Shown: positions 27,346-37,903 of the stretch, one piece after another | How positions within the stretch are numbered: position 1 is the first letter of the stretch | Layout: the number at the start of each line of letters is the position of its first letter | NCBI GenBank assembly: GCA_963667545.2 | Contig: OY763424.2 | Span: 780,240 to 844,239 of the forward strand | Direction: 5' to 3' | Length of the DNA stretch: 64,000 nt | Source: Oscillospiraceae bacterium | GTDB taxonomy: Bacteria > Bacillota > Clostridia > Oscillospirales > Oscillospiraceae | Translations under genes and position numbers: made by a program | The notes under the pieces: model-generated | Seen by the model: only the letters and a program-made list of their open reading frames with translations | The model's database searches: none | What the model was told of the DNA's origin: nothing

Positions 27346-29256
27346 TCAGTACTTAGCGGTTACGGCCTTAACCTTAGCGTCGCCGTTTGTTGCGTTCAAT
27401 ATATCGCGGCTCTCGCCCATAGTGCAGGGCTCGAGATTCAGGTTGTCCGAGAGCCATTTGTTGGTGCGCCCGGAGCTTTTCGTTAAGGTGGTATAGAAGT
27501 AATCGCTTTTATAATTATCGACCGAGAGGCGCTTTTCGACTGAAAAATTAATCGTGCAGTCATAGACATCGGCAAAGTAACTATCGTCGGTCACAAGCCA
27601 TACTTTCCCGAGCGAACCGTTGTCAATATCCGGCAGCATGCATTCCGTATATAATTGATAAGCCTGTTCGTCAGACAGCTCGAATTGCTTATATGTTTTT
27701 TCGCTCTTGTCGAAGTAGCTGACGTAGGCGTCCGCTATCGAGTCGACCGAGACAGGAACCTCCAGGTTCTTCCGGTAATCAACAGCCTCCTTGACGTTCA
27801 TCAAATCGTTCAGCGAATATATATCCCTGCTTGCCGAGGTGTAAATATTATAATCTCTGCAAAATGTCTTTCCGTTTTTATAGGTGTATACGAAGGCAAC
27901 ATAGTTGCTTGATTCATTATAGTTACCGGTGTAGGCTTCATTCGCATCCTTGTGTGAAATGATATCGCTTTGCAGCTTAATTGCTGCAGCAATGTTTTCG
28001 GGCTTCTCCAGCAGCACAGGCTCGCCGGCACACTGGATTGAAACGCCTTTGACCGCATCCGCGTCGGGCAGCTTTCTCTCAACTCCGAAAACGTCGAATT
28101 CTCCGCAAAACATCAGCGCGATAATCACAAACCCCGTAATGCCCATTCCAATCCAGTTGCGCCCCGAAAAAACATGGAGTGTTTTCTGCATTAGCATTTC
28201 GGCGGCAAAATACCCGACAAGAGCTCCGAAAAGCATGAACAGCAGCATAAACAGCATAGCTTCAACGCCGTAAAGCGTCGTGACTCTGCTGAACACCGTC
28301 TCATATATGACTATGCCCAGAACGAGCGCACAGCCGACTGACAGGCAATATTTGAAGACAGGCTTCAGCGGTTTCAGTGCTACCACGTCTCCGGCGGCTT
28401 CCATCCGGCGCTTTTTAATTATCAGCATCGCCAGTGCGGCAAAGACGATTCCGACAGCGGCATAGACGGCGAGCATAGTCCAGCCGGTATACCAATAGCC
28501 AACCGCAATCTGGGAGGTGCCGCTGTAGACAGGTTCAAGAACGCTTTCCAGATGCGTCTTTGTGAGCAAATATACGGGAGGTGAAAACGCCATGAAGGTA
28601 TCGGCGTCTCTGACACTGACGCCGTAGATAAATAAACGCATTACTGTCTTAACAAGCAGCTCGACAACATAGACGGTAAAATTCAAAACAATATAGACCA
28701 AAGGCAGGGTGAATATGTTGCCGGTAAAGCTCGCGCACAGAGAGGCAAAGCCCAGAAAGAACAGGTTTGTCATACATACCATTGCTAGCCATGAAAGAGC
28801 ATATCCCGAGCCGAGGGCGAGCATGCCGTAGGCAGCCTCAACGCAGAGCGTGATTAGAAAAACGATAATATTGATTATAAACATTGCCGCAAGTCCCGCT
28901 GTGAAAACGGAGAGGAAGACTCCCTCTCGTTTAATCGGCAGTGAACACATCATGGAGACACTGCGGGCGTTATAGAGATAATTAAACGCCGCCATGGCGA
29001 TGAGCATACCGAAAATGCCGGACATTATCACACCGCCGTAAAGCCCCGCGGACAGAATATGCTGGCCCGCGGCCGCGACAAAGACGCGGATATCATCGGT
29101 ATAGGTCATCGTCAGGCTGTTATACTGAATCATATTTGCCAGTGAAATCGGCAGAATGATAAGCCATACAATCAGATATATCGCAAAAATCGGCCAGTTG
29201 CGCTTAAGAAGGTTCAAAAACAGTGTGCGGTTAAAGTATGATGTCTTTGACTTCAT
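27346..29256 (-). CDS. ABC-2-type permease with large C-terminal extracytoplasmic domain
   Basis: 636 aa. About 10 hydrophobic segments in the first ~400 aa are followed by a ~230-aa soluble region. It overlaps the upstream ATPase gene by 26 nt. Confidence 0.6.
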   Translation of the reverse strand: MKSKTSYFNRTLFLNLLKRNWPIFAIYLIVWLIILPISLANMIQYNSLTMTYTDDIRVFVAAAGQHILSAGLYGGVIMSGIFGMLIAMAAFNYLYNARSVSMMCSLPIKREGVFLSVFTAGLAAMFIINIIVFLITLCVEAAYGMLALGSGYALSWLAMVCMTNLFFLGFASLCASFTGNIFTLPLVYIVLNFTVYVVELLVKTVMRLFIYGVSVRDADTFMAFSPPVYLLTKTHLESVLEPVYSGTSQIAVGYWYTGWTMLAVYAAVGIVFAALAMLIIKKRRMEAAGDVVALKPLKPVFKYCLSVGCALVLGIVIYETVFSRVTTLYGVEAMLFMLLFMLFGALVGYFAAEMLMQKTLHVFSGRNWIGMGITGFVIIALMFCGEFDVFGVERKLPDADAVKGVSIQCAGEPVLLEKPENIAAAIKLQSDIISHKDANEAYTGNYNESSNYVAFVYTYKNGKTFCRDYNIYTSASRDIYSLNDLMNVKEAVDYRKNLEVPVSVDSIADAYVSYFDKSEKTYKQFELSDEQAYQLYTECMLPDIDNGSLGKVWLVTDDSYFADVYDCTINFSVEKRLSVDNYKSDYFYTTLTKSSGRTNKWLSDNLNLEPCTMGESRDILNATNGDAKVKAVTAKY

Positions 29257-30124
29257 AGTGCTCGCCTCCTAACTCGTAAATAAAGATTTCTTCAAGCGAC
29301 AGGGGGATAACATCCATGAACAGCGGCTCGCAGGTTGCAAGTTTGTTCGTAATCTCCTCCGCCTGTCCCCGAACGATTATCGTCTGAAGTCTGCCCGTCG
29401 AGCTGTGGTGGAGTATTCTGAGATCCTCCGGCAGTGCTTTCCCGTCCGGCAGGGCGAGCTGAACCTTAGCGATATTATCCTGAAGATCGGATAGATTGCG
29501 CTCAAGCAGCAGCTTTCCCCTGTTCATTATGCCGACGTGATCGCAGACATCCTCCAGCTCACGGAGATTGTGTGAGGAAACAAGAACCGTCGTTCCATAT
29601 TCCGCGACGTCCGCCATAAGTATGCTCCATACCTGACGGCGCATTACAGGGTCGAGTCCGTCCACGGGCTCATCCAGCACCAGCACCTTCGGACACATGG
29701 AAACCATGAGCCAGAACGCCGCCTGCTTCTGCATACCCTTTGATAGACTGCGCATCTTTGCGTTATCGTTCAGGTCAAAGGCTGCCCGAAGCTTCTCATA
29801 GCGCTCGACGGAGAAATTTGGACATACACCCTTATAGAACTTCATCATGTCCTTGATTGTAGATTGTGTGAAAAAGAAGACATCATCCGGAATATATGCT
29901 ATGTCTTTTTTAATTTCTGGGTTTTCAAACACCGGTTTGCCGTTTACAAGCACTTCGCCCTCGTCCTGACGGTAGATGCCGGTTATATGACGGATTATAG
30001 TCGATTTACCTGCCCCATTTGGCCCGACGAGTCCGTATATCGCGCCGGACGGAACGTTTATAGAAAGCTCGTCCAGAGCCTTGAAGCCGTCAAAGCTCTT
30101 TGTGACATTTCTTACCTCTATCAT
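29231..30124 (-). CDS. ABC transporter ATP-binding protein
   Basis: Walker A GPNGAGKST, signature LSKGMQK, Walker B VLVLDEPVDGLD. ATG at 30124 overlaps the GntR stop (ATGA). Confidence 0.9.
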   Translation of the reverse strand: MIEVRNVTKSFDGFKALDELSINVPSGAIYGLVGPNGAGKSTIIRHITGIYRQDEGEVLVNGKPVFENPEIKKDIAYIPDDVFFFTQSTIKDMMKFYKGVCPNFSVERYEKLRAAFDLNDNAKMRSLSKGMQKQAAFWLMVSMCPKVLVLDEPVDGLDPVMRRQVWSILMADVAEYGTTVLVSSHNLRELEDVCDHVGIMNRGKLLLERNLSDLQDNIAKVQLALPDGKALPEDLRILHHSSTGRLQTIIVRGQAEEITNKLATCEPLFMDVIPLSLEEIFIYELGGEHYEVKDIIL

Positions 30125-30495
30125 TGACTGTCCCCCCTGTGTCCGTAATTGCTGATGTGACCGCATATCTCGTCTTTCGTCACACCAAGATGCAAAATGT
30201 CCGTGACCGTTGCGTCAAGGTGACCGTATAGCTCCGTTTTACGCGCCTCAATCGCTTCACCGCACTCGCCCACAAAGCTGCCCTTGCCCGGAACGGAGTA
30301 GATATAGCCCTCTGTTTCAAGCTCGCGGTAGGCTTTTTGTATAGTGTTCGGATTAATCGCAAGCTGTCCCGCCAGGTCGCGGACCGAGGGGACTTTTTCG
30401 TCCGCCTTAAGTACGCCCGTGATAATTGATCTGCGCAGACTATCCTTGACTTGTTCGTATATCGGACGAGAATCTCTGTAATTTATAGAAAACAA
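30121..30495 (-). CDS. GntR-family transcriptional regulator, YtrA subfamily (short form)
   Basis: PIYEQVKDSLRRSIITGVLKADEKVPSVRDLAGQLAINPNTIQKAYRELETEGYIYSVPGKGSFV is a canonical GntR wHTH. I place the start at TTG 30495, 5 nt after GGGGGTG, which gives 124 aa. The ORF-track 160-aa extension has no RBS. Confidence 0.8.
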   Translation of the reverse strand: MFSINYRDSRPIYEQVKDSLRRSIITGVLKADEKVPSVRDLAGQLAINPNTIQKAYRELETEGYIYSVPGKGSFVGECGEAIEARKTELYGHLDATVTDILHLGVTKDEICGHISNYGHRGDSQ

Positions 30496-30704
30496 ACAAG
30501 CACCCCCTGAGTTAGTTTTGTCTGTATTACTTGTACTAACACAGTCAATGTACGCCCTCCGCTTTTGTTTGTCAAGCATATTTAGAAAATTTGGCATTTT
30601 CAAAGCAAAATATGGCTATTAAAAAAATTTGCACGCGAATGAATGATGGACTATAATAACAGCTATGATGTTTTCACGTCCGAGCACGGGAGGGTTCACT
30701 TGCT

Positions 30705-32591
30705 ATGGATTATGACGCTGGAAAATGCGACGTTGCGGTCATCGGAGCGGGTCACGCGGGAATAGAGGCGGCTCTTGCCTGCTCCCGTATGGGACTTGAC
30801 ACGATGATTTTTACAATTAATATGGATGCCTGCGGCAATATGCCCTGCAATCCCGCGATTGGCGGAACCGGAAAGGGACATCTTGTCCGCGAGCTTGATG
30901 CGCTCGGCGGAGAAATGGCCGTTGCCGCAGACAAAGCCTGCATACAGTACCGTATGCTGAATCTCGGAAAAGGCCCCGCCGTACATTCGCTCCGTGCGCA
31001 GGCGGACAGGCGCAAATATCAGAGCGTAATGAAGCACACTCTGGAGCTTCAGGAGAATCTGCGTGTAAAGCAGGCGGAAATCGTCGAAATAGGAACTGAA
31101 AACAGCAAAGTTTCCTTTGTGCGCACACAGACCGGCGCCGCCTATTACTGTAGGGCCGCTGTAATCTGCACCGGTACTTATCTCAAGGGCAGAACAATCA
31201 TCGGCGACGTGCTGCGCGAATCGGGGCCCGACGGGAATTCGGCCGCAGTTCCGCTGGGAACCTGCCTTGAAAAGCTGGGGCTTTCAATCAGGCGATTTAA
31301 AACCGGTACTCCTCCGCGTATAAACCGCAGGACAGTGGATTTTTCAAAAATGGATATTCAGCCCGGCGACGAGGTAATTGTCCCATTCTCCTATCGCACT
31401 ACAGCTAAGCTTGAAAATCTCGCATCCTGCTATCTTACCTATACAAACGAGAGAACCCACGAGATAATAAGAGCGAACCTGCACCGCAGCCCGCTTTACA
31501 GTGGAGTTATTGAGGGCGTCGGCCCGCGCTACTGCCCTTCGATTGAGGACAAAGTAGTGCGCTTTGCCGATAAGCCCAGACACCAGCTTTTTGTTGAACC
31601 GATGGGGCTCGATACCGAGGAGGTCTATCTTCAGGGCTTTTCATCCTCCATGCCGGAAGAAGTGCAGATTGCAATGCTCCATACCATTCCCGGCCTTGAG
31701 CACGCGGAGATGACACGTCCCGCCTACGCGATAGAATACGACTGCGTTGACCCGACGGAGCTTTACGCTACGCTGGAAACCAAGAAAATATCCGGACTCT
31801 ACGGCGCGGGACAGTTCAACGGTTCCTCAGGCTATGAGGAAGCGGCGGCGCAGGGGCTTATAGCGGGTGTGAACGCCGCGCTGAAGATTAAGGGCGAGGA
31901 GCCTCTCATACTCAAGCGCAGCGACGGCTATATCGGCACACTCATCGACGACCTCGTCACCAAGGGCACAAACGAGCCCTATCGCATGATGACCTCGCGC
32001 ACTGAATACAGACTCCTGCACCGTCAGGACAACGCCGACATCAGGCTCTCGCATTACGGAAGACGCATAGGACTCATTTCCGAAGAGCAATACAAGGCCG
32101 TTATGGAAAAATACGAAGCCGTTGAAAAGGAACTTGAAAGACTGGAAAACACCTATGTTCCGCCGACGGACGCGCTCTGCGAGATGCTTATATCAAAGGG
32201 GACGACTCCGCCTGTATCCGGCATAAATCTCGCGACGCTTCTGCGCCGCCCGCAAATCGGATATGACGACCTTGCGCCTTTCGATTCAGGGCGGCCCGGG
32301 CTTGCGCGCGCGGTTACTGAGCAGGCCGAGATACAGCTGAAATATGCGGGGTATATTGACCGTCAGCTCAGGGAGGTCAGGGAGTTTTCAAAGATGGAAA
32401 ACCGCAAGTTGCCGCCGGACATTGATTATGGAACCGTTACTGGACTTCGCATCGAAGCGCGGCAGAAGCTAACGAAAATACGCCCCGAAAACTTCGGGCA
32501 GGCAAGCCGTATTTCGGGCGTGTCGCCCGCGGACATTGCGGCACTTATGGTTTTTATTGACAGCCGTAGGGGTGGAAAAACATTGGATTAA
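30705..32591 (+). CDS. mnmG: tRNA uridine 5-carboxymethylaminomethyl modification enzyme MnmG (GidA)
   Basis: FAD motif [15 protein letters not shown], then [29 protein letters not shown] and the full-length 628-aa architecture. Confidence 0.95.
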   Translation: MDYDAGKCDVAVIGAGHAGIEAALACSRMGLDTMIFTINMDACGNMPCNPAIGGTGKGHLVRELDALGGEMAVAADKACIQYRMLNLGKGPAVHSLRAQADRRKYQSVMKHTLELQENLRVKQAEIVEIGTENSKVSFVRTQTGAAYYCRAAVICTGTYLKGRTIIGDVLRESGPDGNSAAVPLGTCLEKLGLSIRRFKTGTPPRINRRTVDFSKMDIQPGDEVIVPFSYRTTAKLENLASCYLTYTNERTHEIIRANLHRSPLYSGVIEGVGPRYCPSIEDKVVRFADKPRHQLFVEPMGLDTEEVYLQGFSSSMPEEVQIAMLHTIPGLEHAEMTRPAYAIEYDCVDPTELYATLETKKISGLYGAGQFNGSSGYEEAAAQGLIAGVNAALKIKGEEPLILKRSDGYIGTLIDDLVTKGTNEPYRMMTSRTEYRLLHRQDNADIRLSHYGRRIGLISEEQYKAVMEKYEAVEKELERLENTYVPPTDALCEMLISKGTTPPVSGINLATLLRRPQIGYDDLAPFDSGRPGLARAVTEQAEIQLKYAGYIDRQLREVREFSKMENRKLPPDIDYGTVTGLRIEARQKLTKIRPENFGQASRISGVSPADIAALMVFIDSRRGGKTLD

Positions 32592-32605
32592 AATATGAAC
32601 CACAT

Positions 32606-32646
32606 AAATATATGGCTTCGCCTCATTGAGGCGAAGCCATATATTT
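32606..32646. terminator. Bidirectional intrinsic terminator
   Basis: AAATATATGGCTTCGCCTC - ATTG - AGGCGAAGCCATATATTT. Confidence 0.8.
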
Positions 32647-32680
32647 ATCTTAATAGTAGAATATTATCGTAAATATTGTC

Positions 32681-34609
32681 TCAGCAGATAATCGAGCCTG
32701 CGGGAACGGCGCCGTCGAGCATCAGCAGGTTGAGTGTTCCGTCCTTTTCGGCGGAGAGGAGCATGCCGTTTGACTCGTCGCCCATCATCTTGCGCGGTGG
32801 CAGGTTTGTGCAGGCGACAACAGTTTTGCCGACGAGCTCTTCGGGCTTATAGAATTTGGCAATGCCGGAGAATATCTGGCGCGGAACTGCCGAGCCGTCG
32901 TCGAGCTTGAAACGGAGAAGCTTATCCGATTTCTTTACGTTTTCGCATTCGAGTACCTTACAGACCGTCATACGAACTTTTGCGAATTCGTCAATCGTAA
33001 CCGTCGGAATTGCGGGCGCTTCCGGCTCGGCCTTGGCTCCGCTCAGACTTTCAAGATAGTCGAGCTCTTTTTCCATGTCGATGCGTGGGAACAGGGTTTC
33101 ACCCTTTTGGACAGTAACATTTGCGGGCAGTACGCCAAAAATATTCGCGTTGTCCCACGTCTTGTCCTTTTCCGCCGCACCGATTTGCGCAAAAGCCTTT
33201 TCACAGCTTTCGGGCATGACGGGCTGCAGCAGGGTGGTGGTTATACGTATGGTCTCGAGCAGGTTGTACATGACCGTAGCAAGGCGCGCTTTGTTTTTTT
33301 CGTCCTTTGCAAGCACCCAGGGGGCGGTTTCGTCGATATACTTGTTCGCGCGGGAGATAACCTTGAACACCTCAAGCACAGCGGACTGCGTTGCAAAGCT
33401 TTCCATATTCTGCTCATAGAGGCCGCGCAGATTTTTCGCCATGGAGACAAGCTCATCGTCAATGGGCTCAGATACGCGTTCGGTCGGCAGAGTTCCGCCG
33501 AAATACTTGAACACCATCGCGGTCGTGCGGGAAACGAGGTTTCCAAAATCGTTGGCAAGGTCGGAGTTTATGCGGCTGATGAGCAGCTCGTTTGAGAAGT
33601 TGCCATCCGAGCCGAGGGGAAAATCGCGCATCAGGAAATAACGCAGGCTGTCAACGCCGTAGCGCTCCGAGAGCAGATAGGGGTCAACCACATTGCCCTT
33701 GGACTTAGACATCTTGCCGCCGTCCATAAGCAGCCAGCCGTGGCCGTAGACCTTCTTCGGGAGCGGAAGCTCAAGGCTCATGAGCATCGCGGGCCAGATA
33801 ATTGAGTGGAAACGCACGATTTCCTTGCCGACCATGTGCACGGCGGGCCAGTATTTATCAAAATCGTTATATTTGTCGTTGTCGTAGCCGAGCGCTGTGA
33901 TGTAGTTCGAAAGCGCGTCTACCCAGACATACACAACGTGTCCGGGGTCGAAGGTAACGGGTATTCCCCAGGTGAAGGTCGTGCGGGAAACGCACAAATC
34001 CTCAAGCCCCGGTTTTATAAAGTTATTTATCATTTCGTTGACGCGGGAGGCGGGCTCAAGAAAACCGGGAGTCTCGAGAAGCGCCTGTATTCTGTCCGCG
34101 TATTTGGAAAGGCGGAAGAAATAGGCTTCCTCCTCTGCGTCGTGTACCTCGCGCCCGCAGTCGGGGCATTTGCCGTCCTTGAGCTGACTCTCCGTCCAGA
34201 AGCTCTCGCAGGGGGTGCAGTATTTGCCCTTGTAGGAGCCCTTGTAGATGTCTCCCTTGTCGTACATCTGCTTGAAAATCTTCTGTATCGACTCGACGTG
34301 ATAGTCGTCAGTCGTGCGGATAAAGCGGTCGTTTGAGATGTTCATGAGCTTCCACAGGTCGAGAATTCCGCGCTCGCCCTCGACAATTTCGTCTACAAAC
34401 TGCTTGGGGCTGACTCCCTTGGCTTTGGCCTTTTCCTCAATTTTCTGGCCATGCTCGTCTGTACCTGTCAGGAACATGACATCATAGCCGCACATTCGCT
34501 TATAGCGCGCTATAGTGTCCGTTGCTACGGTGCAGTAAGCGTGCCCGATGTGAAGCTTATCCGACGGATAGTAAATCGGAGTTGTGATGTAGAATGTTCC
34601 TTTGCTCAT
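32681..34609 (-). CDS. metG: Methionine--tRNA ligase with C-terminal tRNA-binding (EMAP/Trbp111-like) domain
   Basis: HIGH-type motif (P..DKLHIGHAY), KMSKS motif, Zn knuckle CPDCG, and a C-terminal OB-fold region. Confidence 0.95.
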   Translation of the reverse strand: MSKGTFYITTPIYYPSDKLHIGHAYCTVATDTIARYKRMCGYDVMFLTGTDEHGQKIEEKAKAKGVSPKQFVDEIVEGERGILDLWKLMNISNDRFIRTTDDYHVESIQKIFKQMYDKGDIYKGSYKGKYCTPCESFWTESQLKDGKCPDCGREVHDAEEEAYFFRLSKYADRIQALLETPGFLEPASRVNEMINNFIKPGLEDLCVSRTTFTWGIPVTFDPGHVVYVWVDALSNYITALGYDNDKYNDFDKYWPAVHMVGKEIVRFHSIIWPAMLMSLELPLPKKVYGHGWLLMDGGKMSKSKGNVVDPYLLSERYGVDSLRYFLMRDFPLGSDGNFSNELLISRINSDLANDFGNLVSRTTAMVFKYFGGTLPTERVSEPIDDELVSMAKNLRGLYEQNMESFATQSAVLEVFKVISRANKYIDETAPWVLAKDEKNKARLATVMYNLLETIRITTTLLQPVMPESCEKAFAQIGAAEKDKTWDNANIFGVLPANVTVQKGETLFPRIDMEKELDYLESLSGAKAEPEAPAIPTVTIDEFAKVRMTVCKVLECENVKKSDKLLRFKLDDGSAVPRQIFSGIAKFYKPEELVGKTVVACTNLPPRKMMGDESNGMLLSAEKDGTLNLLMLDGAVPAGSIIC

Positions 34610-34673
34610 TTTGTTTCCTCCTGTATTTTAAGCACTTTGGATTTCGTGCGTGCTTTTCACATAAGTAGATTTT

Positions 34674-36458
34674 TTAGCCCACAACATCCGTTCCCGACAC
34701 AGGATTGACCGATGCGCTCGGAGTCGGTGTAACGGGATGCGTAGGTGTCGGTGCTGCGCTCGGTGTAGGGGCTGCGCTGGGCGAGGCGGAAGCGGACGGA
34801 CTCACCGAGGGGCTGGGGCTCGTATGATAATAGTATCTGCTCTTCGACTCGGCCTTGCTGCTGATAAGCTTTCCGTCCTTGTCATAGACGTTGCGGGTGG
34901 ACTGCGCACCGTAGCCGTCGGCGAGCTTCCAGGAACTGGTGGTCATTTCAACCCTTATTCCGTCAGGATTCGAGCCGTAAATCTGAACGCTTACGGTGTT
35001 CTTGGCCTTGTCAACGGCAGCCAGTATCTTGATAGGATATGTGCCGTTGTTTTTAAACTTGAAGTCGGGCGTCGGCCAGCTGACGGTTGCGTCAAGTCCT
35101 GCGGGCAGATAGCTGACCCCAAAATAATGGCAGGTTCTTTCGGTAATCTCAAGGTTTGATATCAGCGTACAGTAATAGAGTGTAGAAGATACCTGACAGA
35201 TACCGCCGCCAATCTCCTGAACCACCTGACCGCCCGAATAGGCGCCGGCCTCCAGATAGCCGTTAGCCTTTGTGCGCTGGCCAAGGGTCTTGTTGTATGA
35301 AAATTCCTCACCGGGATTCAATATTATGCCGTTGATGGTCGAAGCGGCTTTTGAGACGTTATTTACGCGGTTGGCCGAGCTGCCCTGAAGAGTAGTGCTC
35401 TTTTGAGCGAGAAGATCCGCAAAAAGCATGGAATTGAGCTTATCGGTTGTTATCTCGGGTTCTGTCTTAATTAGAGGAATAACGACTTCATCGCCGTTTT
35501 TAGCGTCATCCCAGAGCTTCTGCGCGGCGTCAATGTCAAAGCTCCTGCCCGTCACATGCGCTGTCGCAGCCTTTGTTGCAGGGTCATACACAGCGTTGAC
35601 CGGCTCTTCGAAAACTGTGTCATAAAGTTCCTTAAGGTCGATTTTGTCCGTCTTTGAGCCTTCGACAGCCGTAGGATTATATTTGATGGGATCGTAAGTG
35701 CCCTTTACCAGCGCGTCCTTGATCATGCTGTACAGCTCGTCCGAATTGATCTGGATGGAGCTTGCGCCCTTGACGACTTTTATGCTGTCCTCGCCGATGT
35801 CGACGCTGGACTGCATAAGCTTAAGGCTGGACTGCTTTGCGCCCTCGTAAATCTTGCCACGAAGGTAATCCTCGTTGATACTCTCTCCGTTTGAAGCCGC
35901 AAGCTTCATACCGGAAAAAACACACTTTATGTAGTTTGTTGTGTTCGCAATGAAGGAACCGCCGTGGCAGGCGTTATAAGCATAGACCGCGGCATCCGGT
36001 GCCGAGAGATAGCTGCCCGCGTCCTTGCCGCTTATTGACAGCTCGCAGCCCGCAGGAAGGGAAACGGTGAGCGTTTTGTCATCGTCTGTGCCTATATTGT
36101 TTGCAACCAGAGCATCGGCCGCCTCTGAGGAGGTCATGCCCGAGAGGTCCGTTCCCTCCATGCTGACTTTAGGGAAAATGGTTTCAAGCGAATTCGCGTA
36201 TATACCGAGTCCGGCAAAGCCCGCGAATACCACAGCCAGAACTATGGCTATGGCAACGATTGCCTTTCTTCCTCCGGTTCCATTCTGCCTTTTCGCCCTC
36301 GGAGCCTTTTTGACAGGTCTTTCCTGCGGCCTTATAGGCGTCGGCTGCGCAGGTCTGACCGTGCGGTTCTGAACCTGAGCTGGCTGTCTGTTCCTGTCTG
36401 ATCTTTCGTGATTTCCGTTACTGTTTGATTTTCCGCTGACCAGTTTAATGTTGTCCAC
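34674..36458 (-). CDS. VanW-family protein with N-terminal membrane anchor
   Basis: VanW core GGGICQVSSTLYYC. A basic Pro-rich N-terminus is followed by one TM (AIVAIAIVLAVVFAGFAGLGIYA). The C-terminal tail is Ser/Pro/Ala/Thr-rich. GTG start. Confidence 0.8.
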   Translation of the reverse strand: MDNIKLVSGKSNSNGNHERSDRNRQPAQVQNRTVRPAQPTPIRPQERPVKKAPRAKRQNGTGGRKAIVAIAIVLAVVFAGFAGLGIYANSLETIFPKVSMEGTDLSGMTSSEAADALVANNIGTDDDKTLTVSLPAGCELSISGKDAGSYLSAPDAAVYAYNACHGGSFIANTTNYIKCVFSGMKLAASNGESINEDYLRGKIYEGAKQSSLKLMQSSVDIGEDSIKVVKGASSIQINSDELYSMIKDALVKGTYDPIKYNPTAVEGSKTDKIDLKELYDTVFEEPVNAVYDPATKAATAHVTGRSFDIDAAQKLWDDAKNGDEVVIPLIKTEPEITTDKLNSMLFADLLAQKSTTLQGSSANRVNNVSKAASTINGIILNPGEEFSYNKTLGQRTKANGYLEAGAYSGGQVVQEIGGGICQVSSTLYYCTLISNLEITERTCHYFGVSYLPAGLDATVSWPTPDFKFKNNGTYPIKILAAVDKAKNTVSVQIYGSNPDGIRVEMTTSSWKLADGYGAQSTRNVYDKDGKLISSKAESKSRYYYHTSPSPSVSPSASASPSAAPTPSAAPTPTHPVTPTPSASVNPVSGTDVVG

Positions 36459-36500
36459 TTCCCCTGAATTTTATATGTCTTGCGTTGTCTATATTATTGA

Positions 36501-37742
36501 CTATTCCTGCGGATTATCCTCGTCCGCTTTTTCTGAAGCCGGAGTTTCCGGAGCGGTATTTTCCGGAGTTTCGATCATCCAAGGATTTGCGTTCATTTTT
36601 GCCTGAGACTGAGCTTCAAGCAGAGTGCCTATCAGAATGTTCGAAAGCAGAAAGCCCGATGAAGTGAAGTTCCAGCTGTCGCCGTTTTGCCTTGTCCAGC
36701 CCTTTTTCGCATATTCGCTCAAGAGATATTCGATTTTATCAAAACCGCTTCTGTAAACGGTGGTGTATTCGTCTTTAGAAATACCGCGTATGGTTCTCAT
36801 GCCGAGCATGATGTATTCCGCCGCTCTTCCGAGCTTGTCAGTTTCCTCGTATTCGTCGATTATATCCGCGTTTCCGGATATTCCTTCGATGTATTTGTCA
36901 AGGTCGCGGACATAGCTGTAGCGTATGCCGCCCACAAAGGAATGGGCGCCCGGACCGAAGCCCATATAGTCGTCCAGCTGCCAGTATTTAAGGTTGTGCT
37001 TGGACTCTTTGCCGGGCAGGGAAAAATTCGAAATTTCGTACTGCGGATAACCGTAGTGCTCCAGAATGTCCGTCATATAGAGGTACATGTCCGCCTGATC
37101 GTCGTCATCGGGCAAAAACGCGGAGTTGCGGTATTTGCAAATCGGTGTGCCGTCCTCAAGCTTCAGACCGTAGCAGGAAAAATGCTGGGGACGGAGAGCG
37201 AGACATTTTGAAAGTGTGTCCGCCCAGTCGTTTTTCGTCTGGCTCGGCAGACCGTAGATAAGGTCGAGACTAATATTGTCAAAGCCCTCGGCCTTCGCAA
37301 GCCGCACCGCCTGCTCCGCCTGCTTAAAGCTGTGCCGGCGGCTGATGAGCTTCAAAATGTCGTCGTTCGCTGACTGTACGCCGAGCGAAATGCGGTTTAC
37401 ACCCTCGCTTTTCAGCATACGAAGCTCGTCCGCCGTCACGGTATCGGGGTTCATTTCAACAGTGACCTCGGCGGATTTCAGAACCTTCGCCGTGCGCTTC
37501 AGTGTATTAAAAATTTCGCAGATATATTTTGCCCCGTAAAAGCTGGGAGTACCGCCGCCAAAATAAATAGTGTCGATGTAATACGGCTCCATCTGCGGAG
37601 CGGCTTCTTCGATATGCTTAATAAGAGCGCGCTGGTATTTTTCCATCTTGATTTCCTGACCGGCAAGAGAGTAAAAATCGCAGTATGAGCATTTGCTCGC
37701 GCAAAATGGTATATGTATGTAGACACCGAGCATACGCTCCAT
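36501..37742 (-). CDS. hemW: Radical SAM family heme chaperone HemW (HemN-like, oxygen-independent coproporphyrinogen oxidase-like)
   Basis: YIHIPFCASKCSYCDFYS CxxxCxxC motif, GGGTPS, HemN_C-like C-terminus. Confidence 0.85.
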   Translation of the reverse strand: MERMLGVYIHIPFCASKCSYCDFYSLAGQEIKMEKYQRALIKHIEEAAPQMEPYYIDTIYFGGGTPSFYGAKYICEIFNTLKRTAKVLKSAEVTVEMNPDTVTADELRMLKSEGVNRISLGVQSANDDILKLISRRHSFKQAEQAVRLAKAEGFDNISLDLIYGLPSQTKNDWADTLSKCLALRPQHFSCYGLKLEDGTPICKYRNSAFLPDDDDQADMYLYMTDILEHYGYPQYEISNFSLPGKESKHNLKYWQLDDYMGFGPGAHSFVGGIRYSYVRDLDKYIEGISGNADIIDEYEETDKLGRAAEYIMLGMRTIRGISKDEYTTVYRSGFDKIEYLLSEYAKKGWTRQNGDSWNFTSSGFLLSNILIGTLLEAQSQAKMNANPWMIETPENTAPETPASEKADEDNPQE

Positions 37743-37903
37743 AATTTACGCTCCTTTCTGGAATATCAAAAATCATTTTATATAAAATGTGAGTCTATGT
37801 CAATGTAATGTATCGGCAGAAATGGAATTTGCGTCAGAACTGATGACCGCTTCCCCTTTTTGTCGGAGAAACGGTCATCGTTCATTCCGTAAAATGTTGA
37901 ATA

